A stretch of 54,178 nt of DNA, filler included, from Catajapyx aquilonaris (taxonomy: Eukaryota): assembly GCA_000934665.2 (NCBI GenBank). It is 2 parts of 2 records of this genome, joined end to end, with 100 filler letters (N's around TTAATTAATTAA, not from the genome) between each part and the next. Parts side by side here need not be neighbours in the genome. Positions count along the whole stretch, not along the records: positions 1 to 27,040 come from JYFJ02005123.1; 1 more part is not named here. The stretch is one strand, 5' to 3'. Shown here piece after piece: positions 11,201-21,809 of the stretch (within the stretch, counting starts at the first letter, position 1; each line of letters starts with the position of its first letter). A model generated the notes under the pieces. The model had not been told where the DNA came from. It worked only from the letters and a program-made list of their open reading frames with translations, and did no database searches. The translations under genes were made by a program, and so were the position numbers.

Positions 11201-14200
11201 CATGAAAAAACTCATTCGCAGACGCCATTTTGAGGACATTGTTGACTGTAAGCAGTTGTCCGGGAGTGGGAGAGCCACACCACCAAAAAATTGTTCTAGA
11301 GGGCCTGGAGAGATTGCCACACCTGTGGTGCCAGTGCATTCGGCTTCAGGAGGATTCTCTTGATAATGTCTGACTATCTGCTGACATGCATGGGCCCTGT
11401 ATTTATGACAAAAAAATAATGTGTAAATCATTTGGTACGGCCCTCGTAAGACCAAAATAATGAAGCCCAGTGCTATACACCCCAAAAAAGGGTGTATCAC
11501 TACGTGGATTATTGTTATTGTTTACTCATTGCTCTTGAGTGGTATTATGTTTACTCATCTAGCCATTTAGAGAATAACACTTATTTAGGGTCAATTGTAT
11601 TTTTACAAATTTTGGTACTTGTTGGGTGGAAAACAAATGTGATGTCCTCCCAAACGGTTCACTGGGCAATAAACAATCACTAAAAGTTGTAAAACTTACT
11701 TGGACACTGAGTCAATGAATGTCAATTATGAACCAGTTATTAACATCGCCATTAATGAGGTTGTCATGAAGTTAATGGGAACTGATGCAGTTTCATTGCC
11801 ATTTATGTTGATAATGGAGGCGATGTTGTTAAAATAATTTCATAACGGTGTGCAATTTTATTGTGATTCATAGTGACTAATTCAGTTCCTGACCATTCTG
11901 CATGGGAGACTCATTTATATGAATTGATGATGTTTCCAAAAAGATCGTATACAGGGTGTATCAGAGTCTCGGGTCAATCGCGCACGAGGGGGTATATCGT
12001 AGGTGGCGCAACCTCTGTCAGTTTTATAAAGCAATTGGAAATAAGGTAGTAATCAATTTTTTATTACGGCGTGACGTCACATCCTTTCTGTTCGAATTGA
12101 AAGGCGGGTGCCGTGCGTACAGCGGCTCTCGAGCCATGCAGGTTGCACCGAACAAGGCGAAAAGCATGGAGCCGTGCTTGGATCTTGGCAAATCCTCTTC
12201 GCGACCTGCCCATGCAACGGTGCACCGGGAAATGGTGGAGGATGTCGAGCATAGGTCTCTGTACAGGCAGGAATGACAGTACGCATACCGGGTAGACGTC
12301 ATCCTCATCGAGAAATCGCGAAAAATGTTTCTTGCATTGGACAGACGGCTGCATGAGGCTGATACATTGCGAGGCAGGCGAGCTACAGCAGGTACGGACA
12401 GTAGTACAGTGTGTTGCACACCTGTACTGTAGTACAGCACTGCACTGGCTGAATAATGCCTGTGTACAGTAGTGTATGGTACTGTAACAGTACTATATCA
12501 CACATCATGACAGGTGCCCCTCGTACTGCACGTACCATGGCAATGGAGGGAGACGTTCTGACATGGTAGCCATGGATCCATCGATCAGCACCCATGAAGT
12601 CAGTCACAGAGTGCACAGCAGTCATTCCAAAGTGTGGAGGATCATCCATGAGAGCATCTGAGTAAATGGGCGCCAGTTCCAGCATTTGCTGTAGTCATGG
12701 TATGCGCACTGACAGTACGCATACCGACTTCACGGGTACTGATCGATGGATCCATGGCTACCATGTCCAGTACGTCTTCCTCCATTTCCATGGTACGTGC
12801 TGTACGAGGGGCACCTGTCATGATGTGAGATACAGTACTGTACACAGGGATTATCCAGCCAGTGCAGTGCTGTACTACAGTACAGGTGTACAACACACCG
12901 TACTACTGTAAGTACCTGCTGTATCTCACCTGCCTCGCAATGTACCGGCCTCACGCAGCCTTCTGTCCACCGCAAGAAACATTTTTCGCGATTTTCCGAT
13001 GAGGATGATGTTTACCCGGTGTGCGTACTGTCACTCCTGGCTGTACAGAGACCTGTGCTCGACATCCTCCGCCATTTCCCGGTGCACTGCTGAATGGGCA
13101 GGTCGCGAAGAGGAGTTGCCGAGGTCCAAGCACGACCCCATGCTTTAATAATAATAATGGATACCCCGTGATAAGCCTCTTTGGGTTTTTTAGGGGATCA
13201 TTTTTAATTGACCATCTTTAATCATTGCCTGTGCTGTGACGGATTTTGATTGCGGGAGGAAACGAGAGAACGCCGAGAAAACCCACGCGAACACGGAGAG
13301 AACCCATCGAAACTCTATCCACATAAGTATCCTCCGTCCGACCCGGGGATCAAACTCAGGACCTTAGAGGTGGAACGCTGTGGCGCTAACCACTCTGCCA
13401 CCGTGTCCCCCATTCGAACAGATAATAAAAAATGGATTACTACCTTATTTGTAATTGTTTTATAAACCAGCCCCCGGACACTTCCCCTACAATCTTATCT
13501 TATCTCCTGCCTGGGCGTTTTGCATGAGGTGCTCACCTGAGAGCGCCATGAGACCTTTCACGGAGCTATTATGTGGCGACCCTACCGGACTACGCCTGCG
13601 GCCATGTTGGGTCCCCCAATGTAGCGCTTCCCTTTTGTACCTATAAAGTTCAGCGTAGTCCGGTAGGTTCGCCACATAATAGCTCCGTGAAAGGTCTCAT
13701 GGTGCTCTCAGGTGAGCACCTCATGCAAAATGCCCCGGCAGGCGAAGAGAGGGAGTGTCCAGACCTTAGTATTCTAAGACCATGTATAAAACCAATCGGG
13801 GTTGTTGCCACCTCCGATTTTTCCCCACCCCCCGTGCGCGCACTTGACCCGTGACTTTGATACACCCTGTATAAAATGTGCTGGCTATAAGCAGTAGAAA
13901 ATATATTAATGTGATTACACTTTTCAGACCCTGCTACCTCGAGGTCAGAACCCCAATCACCTACGGGAACGAAACTCATCCGTCAATGAACTTCTCAAAA
14001 AGGAGCTCCCTGAAGTGGAGAGAGCACAGCTGGTCAAAATTGACCCAGGATTCATTTATCCTGATGGGACCATTACTCACCATGACATGTGGGACTACCT
14101 GCACTTGACACATGTGGGCTACCTGAAAGCATTTGAGCCTGTTCATGACCTGTTGTCGCAGCTTCTGGCTGAGTGGGAAAAGGAAAAGGAGCCTGAACTC

Positions 14201-14221
14201 GAGGGTTCTACACCTGAATAA
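5290..14221 (+). CDS. PAFAH1B2: Platelet-activating factor acetylhydrolase Ib alpha subunit (PAFAH1B2/B3-like SGNH hydrolase); exons 5290-5619 and 13928-14221; first coding exon not located
   Basis: Translation HHRFIAETKEKEPDVIFIGDS...LNFGIGGDQTQHVLWR...LLVGTNNH | TLLPRGQNPNHLRERN...DMWDYLHLT matches the family motifs; tttag acceptor at 5289, gtaagt donor at 5620, tttcag acceptor at 13927, frame preserved. Confidence 0.93.
6195..6434. mobile_element. Palindromic MITE with CAC[T/A]GTG-type (Transib-like) termini
   Basis: CATTGTGGTGAGAATTCTCACC ... GGTGAGAATTCTCACCACAGTG, with imperfect inverted arms extending inward; no clear TSD. Confidence 0.6.
6813..7003. mobile_element. Tc1/mariner-type MITE
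   Basis: TA flanks; TIR CAGTCCCGAGCATAAAGTTGGAGA / TCTCCAACTTTATGCTTGGGACTA. Confidence 0.8.
8111..8186. repeat. 36-bp near-perfect hairpin with a 4-nt loop
   Basis: TAATATTATAGATGTACTCATATTCTATCAGAGGCA-agac-TGCCTCTGATAGAATATGAGTACATCTGTAATATTA; one T.G wobble. Confidence 0.9.
8586..9263. mobile_element. TTAA-flanked MITE with GGGG termini (superfamily uncertain, possibly PIF/Harbinger-like)
   Basis: TTAA-GGGGCCACAGAGTAGCAAAAATACGGTA versus TACCATATTTTTGCTACTGCACCCCC-TTAA; internal repeats AACTAGGT.CCCTGCGC and GCTGCAGA. Confidence 0.65.
9268..9990. mobile_element. piggyBac-type non-autonomous foldback element, copy 2 (more complete)
   Basis: TTAA at 9264-9267 and 9991-9994; same termini and body as 1619-2230; arms inverted nearly to the centre. 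Confidence 0.9.
10595..10770. mobile_element. pogo/Tigger-type MITE
   Basis: TA flanks; CAGGAGACTCCAAATATAACAG / CTGTTATATCCGGAGTCAGCTG; internal repeat AGTCTGCTATAACCGA. Confidence 0.75.
10887..11446. mobile_element. mariner foldback derivative made of two inverted 3' ends
   Basis: TA flanks; TIR CGAGGGCCGTACCAAA; minus strand encodes LPYSPGLAPSDFHLFRSMKK (mariner YSPDLAPSD motif); the MKK...HFEDIVD segment is present on both strands. Confidence 0.9.
13146..13411 (-). mobile_element. tRNA-derived SINE with a V-domain-like body
   Basis: Minus strand: A box GGTGGCAGAGTGGTTAGC, B box GAGTTTGATCCC, then GTTCTCTCCGTGTTCGCGTGGGTTTTCTCGGCGTTCTCTCGTTTCCTCCC, ending ATCACGGGGTATCC(ATT)n. Confidence 0.8.
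13506..13742. repeat. ~90-bp-arm inverted repeat inside the Tc1-like element
   Basis: CCTGCC.GGGC.TTTTGCATGAGGTGCTCACCTGAGAGC...CCGGACTACGC and its reverse complement. Confidence 0.85.
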
Positions 14222-15964
14222 TGCTGCTATTTTTTGTGGAAAATTAATAGTCGCACCAGCTCACTTTTTCCTTCTCCAATCAATCCATGGCATTGTGAGG
14301 CGCAGTCATTTATACATGCTTTTAAAACTGTAAACTCATGCCCCACTTTGTGACCATCTGTGACTGTGCCTTTTCTGAATAATCACGAGCCAACACCTGT
14401 ATGCATGTTGTTCCTTGTTAGAAAATTTTTACATTTTCTGTTTTACATTCCAGTGAACTCAGAAGAGGCTCTATTTTTGTCACCTGTGTGAAGTGGTGCT
14501 GAAAGTATGGTCATGCTTTTCACTCAGCATGCTTATTATCCATTGTAAAATGTTGCACCCTCAAAATTTTTTTCTTCCCTGAATGGACTCAATATGTGTG
14601 TAAATAAGATAATGTATGACTGAAGGCAGAATAAAAAAAGAATGTGCTTTGTTATCATAAAAATGATGCCACTATTTCATGGACAGTTCAAAGAACGGAA
14701 GTGTAAGCTCTTCAGCTTTAGAACTTTTGAAAGTAATGTATTTGGTATTTAGTGAATGACACATCTAGGGCTTGTGGAGTAACCTTGTTTGATGAGCTAC
14801 CTTTATCAGAACCGGTTGATAGCAGAGGGATATGACTCTTTCCCCAGGACTTTGCTACCTTTTATCAGAACTGCTAGGTGACAAGGGACAAGTTGGTTAG
14901 CTTCTCTCTTTTTGTGTGGCTGGCAGAGCAGGAGAGTGTTTTCAAGACTCTAGGACAGGAAAAGATTGAGCATTGAGAATGGTAAGTCAAAAGCTGTTGT
15001 GTAGTAAGTTTGCTTGACAAAGCCATAAGTACTGTTTGTATAGTATTTCAATGAGCAGAAATTAGGAATTCAAATCTGGAAATACATAACTATTTGCTTC
15101 AGAGCGGTGTTTGTGAGCAGATGCATTATGTTGTCAGTTATCGACTTGACTTGTGTAAACACCTCAAATAATCCACCCCAGTGTCAAAGTAATTAGTGAA
15201 TTTCTACAGTTTTAAAAATTGTACTCACAACTTGGGAAACATTCCTTTACCTACTCGAGTTACATGTGTAGCAGAATGCAGAAAAGTAACAATACCAGTG
15301 CAATGTGAATGGAAGCAGACATTCTGGAAATGAGAATATAGATCTAATTTTATACTTCAGTTAGTTTCTCTGAGGTAGTGTAGCAAAATAACAGCCTTAC
15401 TCAGATTGTAGTCAGAATTGCTAAGTGTCTGTTAAAATGACATGTTATGTTGCAAAGGTTATCTTTGCACGTTGATGACTCGCCTTGTGCAAAGGTGAGG
15501 AAAGATTATTTCACCTACACTTTTATCTTTTCGTCAGCCCAACTGTTTCAATTAATTTATCGCGCTCTGTCCTGACGCCCTTCAGAATCAGTTTTCACGA
15601 CGGATAAGAGATGGCATTCGACAAGGCTATTTTAAGTTCCTAAATTTGCCACAAAGCTCAGAGATGGCAGAAGCGTAGCAGTGTAGGTTGTTATACTATA
15701 CTTCCATCCTGAAAGTATTGCTGAGCATCCCGATATCATTTCTGTCCAAACTACGTCTTCATTTTCTTTAATTTAATAGGAACCCATTAAGATAGCAGTC
15801 TATTAATTATTAACGACTTATTAGAAAAAAACTAATATCTCGACAGGAAACTATATATTTGCATTTGTAGCCTACACATAAACCGCTGACTTCCCCCCTC
15901 GAGAGCTATGTAGGCTATAATAAAGTGTATAGAAGCTTTTTACAATAGTGTCATTATTTTACAG

Positions 15965-18496
15965 GACACTAAGGGGATATTACTTCTCTTCTTGACGTGT
16001 GTTGTCTCATCAAGAGGAGATGTATGCGATAAATGTGCATGCTCTAATGCCGACCCCTACTTTGTGGACTGCAACGAGAAAAATTTGGAGTCTATGATTG
16101 CCGATACAGATTGGCCCGATGATGACATTTCCAAGATGCAAGCCAGTTTCGACTTCAACGAGATCACTCAAATCCCAGTCTTTCCGCCGCTGCCGCTGGT
16201 CAGATTGTCCTTTTGCCACAATAAGATTTCCAAGATTGCTTTCGGAGCCTTCAAGAACTTATCCCAACTGATCTTATTGGACCTGAGCCACAACGAGTTG
16301 ACCAATGAGGCCCTTAGACCCAAAGTTTTTGAGGGAACTTTTTTCCCTGATTATCCGGACCCACTGCAGATCAAGTATCTGAACCTCTCTTACAATCAGA
16401 TACATTCTTTGGACAGACTTCTGTTTGAGCACCTTCCATTTGTTGAGAAGTTGGCCCTAAACAATAATCCACTGAAGGTATTTACGTACGACACCGAAGG
16501 CGCCATCACAAGCCTTCAAAACCTCAAGGTATAATTTCAGTTGATTAATATTTAAAAACATTTTTAAAGAAGTCAACAAACTAATAAGTCTCTTTTCTTG
16601 TTTAGGACCTCGACTTGTCTGAAACACAACTGCAAACTTTGCCAACAGGGTTTCTACATGCTATGGACAAATTGGAAAAGCTGACACTGGCTGGAAATCA
16701 ATTCAAAGATGTGCCATCTGAGCTTAGATTTGCAACTCATCTTCGCTATCTGAACTTAAATAACAACCCAATCATTGAAATCTTGAATTTTGATGTAAGT
16801 ACTGGAATGTAGCCTATTATATTATATACAGGAAGAAAATTAATATATTATCTAAATATAACAGGGTATGCCTGAACTGCGAGAATTGAGCATCAGTGCT
16901 ATGCCTGAACTGCTGAAGATCGGCCCCATGGCATTTGGAAGTCTTTACAAACTGAAGAAACTTCAGTGCTCGTACAACCCCAAGCTATCCGAAATAGGCG
17001 AATCTGCATTTTCCGGAATTGTGAAAACTGCAGTGGATTGGCCCGTCAAGGAGGTAAGTTCTGAATCACCCATTTCAGATGACTCATCCTGCATTGGCCA
17101 TATGACTCTGATTTCAGATCGACCTTTCCCACAACGCACTAACAACCTTATCACATAAAATGGCCGCCTGGGACAAAATCGACGTGTTAGACATCCAAGG
17201 CAACCCATGGAGCTGCGATTGCCATTTGGATTGGGTCGCTACCAACTTGGTCCCCCTTATCTCCCAAAGAACTCCAGACCTCACCTTGAACTTGGTGTAA
17301 GTATACCATGCTCCAAAAACAACTCCCTCCAAAACACTACTAACAAAGTCAGAATTTGGAAGTCAGGAAGACGAATTTGAGCAAACATGCTTTTCAGATC
17401 GGATGAAAATCAGTTTGTCCTACATGCTATTTTTCCCTCGTCCTTGTCGACTACTTTAACTTTGTTCCGAAGTAGCAGGCTGGATTTTTATTTCATTTAG
17501 ACTGGGCATTAGGCTCCATTCGGAAGGGGTAATGGACACAAGTGCTACGAGAGATGCCTTTTCGATGCACTGGCATTATGACATTACATGGGGCGGAGAG
17601 ATCTGCCTGAAGGTTTTAATGGACTCCACTTGTCGTCATTCATTTGGGATGTTCGAAAGAGTAATCAAATCTTTTGTTGCATCTGCCAAGACAATGGGGA
17701 GGTAATTTTAAAAGATGTGAAATCGAGATTCTTCCATTGGGAGCAGATATGAAAATTCACTTAAGCAATGAAGTCACCCCGTCAGCATCTGATATGGCCC
17801 GGAAAATTACAGGGAATTGTTCCGAAGTGAAAAATAGGCCAGAAGGGAGAGGGGGACAAGGATTTTTCTCTCGTGCAAAGTGAAGTCAAATTGACAAGTT
17901 TTAAAGCGTCAGGGTAAAAACTTCCTTTTTTGCGCAATTGTGTTATCTAGACTGCTTGCTAGGTGAATATGTTACGTCAGCTGTTTTCTAACTTTTCCGG
18001 GTACATACTCCTGCACACTTCCAACCTTACTGCAGCTCACATTGCTCCAAGGAAATCTCCTAGTGAGGTTACGTGAATCTAGATAATCTGAATGAACAAC
18101 TGCACTGTCTCCTTTGTCAGGTGTGCCAACCCATCTTCACTGCGAGGCCGATCCCTGATCGTCGTTGGGCGCGACCCGAAAGTGTTCAAGTGCAACGGAA
18201 ATCCTTTGTCTCCGTCCTATTGGGTTGGAGAAGATGGTTCTGTTTCGGCTGTGTCCATGGAAGATGGATCTCTGAGTACCACCGCACTGGCCATCACCCT
18301 CATGGGGGTGCTTCTTCTGGTTTTGGGTGGGGTTGTGATAGGAGTCCTCTACATGCGTAGGAGGGCGGTCAGGAATGCATTTTTGGCTCGGCAGCAGATC
18401 AGGTACACCAGGGCCAGTACAGGTGAAGAGACCGAAGAGAAGACTACCAATAGGCCAGAAGATTATCAACCGGTGGCTGCCAACGAAACAGCATAA
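15965..18496 (+). CDS. Single-pass leucine-rich-repeat membrane protein (signal peptide, LRRNT, LRRs, LRRCT, TM); exons 15965-16528, 16606-16794, 16865-17053, 17118-17296, 18121-18496; candidate ATG-ending exon at 14979-14981
   Basis: CDKCAC..VDC N-cap, LxxLxLxxNxL repeats, GNPWSCDCHLDW C-cap, TM ALAITLMGVLLLVLGGVVIGVLYM followed by RRR; all junctions GT-AG and in frame. Confidence 0.9.
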
Positions 18497-20748
18497 TTGA
18501 AATGAGGATCACACTTTGGGAGATCAATAAGACAAAGCGCCGTTGTCTCTAATGGTTGCATGTTGGCAGGATAACCCATCACCTGCAGAATTGTCAATCC
18601 TGATACTTATTAATAGCCTGATATGTAACATACGTATGTAGCAGTTGGGCAAATAATTTCTATATGATGCAATTATTTGTTCTCAAGCAAAATATCGCAT
18701 ATTACTAGTGCAGACGGTATTTTTATAAAGCCAGCAACTACCTGTTTATATAAAGTCCAAAATGTGATGCTTTCTCACAACTGCATCAAACGATTGTCAA
18801 TTATTGATGGAAATAGCAAATATGATTAGCGCATCATGTAATGAATGTAGCCTACTGTATTAGGGATACTTGTTAATTCCTGGGACAGTGGAATTTTGTG
18901 GCGGTTTAATTGAATCATTGTACCTCAGCACTTTACGAACTGCATTAGTATACGAAATGTGATTTGTTTTGCTTGAGTTCTCATATGTCTGAATTGTTGA
19001 ATTAATCACTAATGATGTTCCGGTATATTCTATTCAGCATGCCGTAGGCCACAACACACAATGGGCCTATATATGGTTCGTGCTTGGACTGATTGTAAAC
19101 ATCAAGAATGTATACCGGCAATAATCCCTATACGTCATTAATGTAATATATAAGCACTATTGGTATAATTGTTTTAGTGACATGTTACTTTTCTTCCTTT
19201 AGTTGTTATTTATGGAAGTCCTAAGATTCCTTCAACATGCGGCATGATGTAAACTTACAACATTGTAACCAGTGATAAACAATAAATAGTGAATCACTAA
19301 ATTACTAGTAAAAATTGCAAGCCCTTTTAAATTCTATAACTTACAGGTTATAACGACTGGTTACTATACAAGAAACTTCGGCAACCCTGTTGGTCATATA
19401 CGATCCAAACCAGCTCATGGTAATCAGCAAATATTGATTGCTGGCATCAGGATTGCTTGATTTGTATCACGTGACCAGCAGGGATTCCGCATTATCTTTC
19501 ATATGATAACTGGCTTTCAATTATGCAGTATAGGGCCTACATTATAACTCACGACGCATTATAGCCTATACAGACAACCTATGTAGTCTTATAATATTCT
19601 CAGACTGACTCAGCTCATAGAGGTGCAATAGTGATTGCCCAATCTCCAACAGAAACCATCAACAGGAGGCCAGTCATCTTTGAAGAAGTCTCCTGATTTC
19701 TACTATATCAGTTTCTATTATCAGATATTTGGCATATCTCCGTTGACATATCTTCGATACCAGTAGCCTATATAGCTAAGCAACTGAATATAGATGTTGC
19801 GGTCACCGCAGAAAAATCATATCACTGCAGAACCTCACAAATATATATAGTGTGTTTATTATTATTATTTGCACTTGTTTGCAATGTTTTTATAATTACT
19901 TGTAGTAGCCTATTAAAAATAAGTGCACACGAAGTGTATGGCAGAGATGTTTAAGTATAGAGAAACTAAAAAAAATAAACGAGGAAAAAGTGACGAATTG
20001 CCGACCTTCTGAAAATGGTCGGCTTAACTACTCGTACTAACCTGGAGGTTAGGAGGGTGGTCAATTCTGTTTCTGCCTGAAATCGAAATTCACGTCTGCG
20101 TCAGTCAGTGCAAGTAATTGGTGCATTTGCGTAATAACAATCGCAAAATGCTCTTATATGTGGCCTGAGCAGTGTAGAGATTGTTTCATCAGACCAACTT
20201 CTGGAGTGAGTTCCTCAGCACCAGGACCATTTTTGTCCAGTTAAAATTTGGCTTTATAGAAGTCCCATGCAAGTACGCATACTTATATATGTCATATATG
20301 ATTGTTTACACTTGAGGACCTGCGACCTGGTATGCAGAACGATCAGAGTAACATTTGATTGACTTCCAATTAATTATGAGACCTCAATAGTGACCCCATA
20401 AGATGGCCAGATATTAGGAAATACGTTATCCAAGGCAGTATTTGGGTACAATTTTTACATAAGGTCGATTTACGGGATCGAGAGAAGCAGCCGTCATTCA
20501 TTGCTTTTTTTTTGCCGCAAGAGAAAAGGCTACGCTGTTATTTTTAAATGCTACAAGTAACCTAATATACTCTCCAGTTACAGTAGATACTATTTTAAGC
20601 GGAATTTGTTAAAACAGTGGTTCTTCTTTGATAGACCGCCCTGTATTAAAACACTATGAACATCTTACAAGTTAATGTGCCAGGATTCTACCGGCGTATA
20701 CCCATTGAGAAAGTGCAGCGTAATCTTTATAATGTATACTACTATACC

Positions 20749-21528
20749 CAAGGGGGTAATCACTCGACTGAGAAGTATACACTGGAGTACCAAATTCAAG
20801 GAGTACCAAGGAGTAATAAAGAGTGAGGTACCTGGGAGTACCACTCGCAGGTGAACACCAGAGTACCGAAGTGGTTACCCTCTTGACTATATACCTGAAT
20901 ACATGGGAATGGCACATTACGGAACATTTCATGATCGTGGCGCACCACTTTTGGTCTGTTTGTGTCACATAGGGGCCTATAACCGAAACCTGCCCAGTGT
21001 TTGAATTTTTTGTGGAACTGAGCCACTCTGCTCTATAAACAGGCTTAACTGCGTTTTGAAATACCCGATATATAGGTCTACTATGGGGGCCCATGCATCA
21101 CACACACCACCCGCAACATGATATGGTGATATTAAATCCCCAATTAAATCCAAATGACCCTTTTCCGGAGCCATATTAGTAAAATGTTGCATTAATCTGG
21201 CTAACTCATTCATCATGTAAATCGCCGACATGGCCTGGATTCACATTATTAATTGGATGAAATTTTCCTCGCGATGAGGTATTGTTATTATCTTGGACCA
21301 TTATTACCACCGCGTCGGCAAGAGCACACATCTCGTAATTCATTGTATAACACCATAATTTCTACTTATACCTGGTGAGGAGGAAAAGAGCTGGTGTACA
21401 CCTGCAGTAGTACTCCCTGGTACTCTTCGGTACTCCCCGGTACTCCATGGTACTCCATGGTACCCTCAGGTACTCCTTGAATTTGGTACTCCAGTGTAAC
21501 ACTTTACAGTCGAGTGGTTAACCCCTTG
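20749..21528. mobile_element. Non-autonomous TIR element with subterminal GGAGTACC arrays
   Basis: CAAGGGGGTAATCACTCGACTG...ACACTGGAGTACCAAATTCAAGGAGTACC at left and its inverse at right; no TSD found. Confidence 0.75.
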
Positions 21529-21809
21529 AGAAGAGCGTTTCGTGTTATTATCATTGGGATAATTAATATATTAGTCATAGTTGCATGACCAGTGAGAGAA
21601 CTTGAGAAGTGTCATTTTTAGAACTCACTGTCAGTCCCTATAAATCTTCTTCTGAAACTGTGGGTTACTATGGTAATGTTTAAAAGCCTGCTGTGATTTT
21701 GTGGTTCTATAGGACTAAAGTGCCAGAGCTTTCACACACACAAATCTTCTTTTGACTCGATTTTGCCAAGCTGGAGTACACTACTCTACACTAATGGCTA
21801 TATGCACAG

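Larger units (their letters stand above)
11952..13869. mobile_element. Tc1/mariner-superfamily foldback element with N-terminal HTH transposase remnants (DUF4817/Tc3-like) and nested inserts
   Basis: TA flanks; TIR CAGGGTGTATCA[G/A]AGTC[T/A]CGGGTCAA; inverted arms around ~12660; remnant peptides RRHPHR, RRLHEA and GAPRTARTMEMEEDVLDMVAMDPSISTREV. Confidence 0.85.

Noticed and set aside
21405..21495. GGTACTCC short-repeat array as CRISPR-like
   Set aside because: Units of ~10 bp without unique spacers, eukaryotic context, no cas genes; these are subterminal transposon repeats
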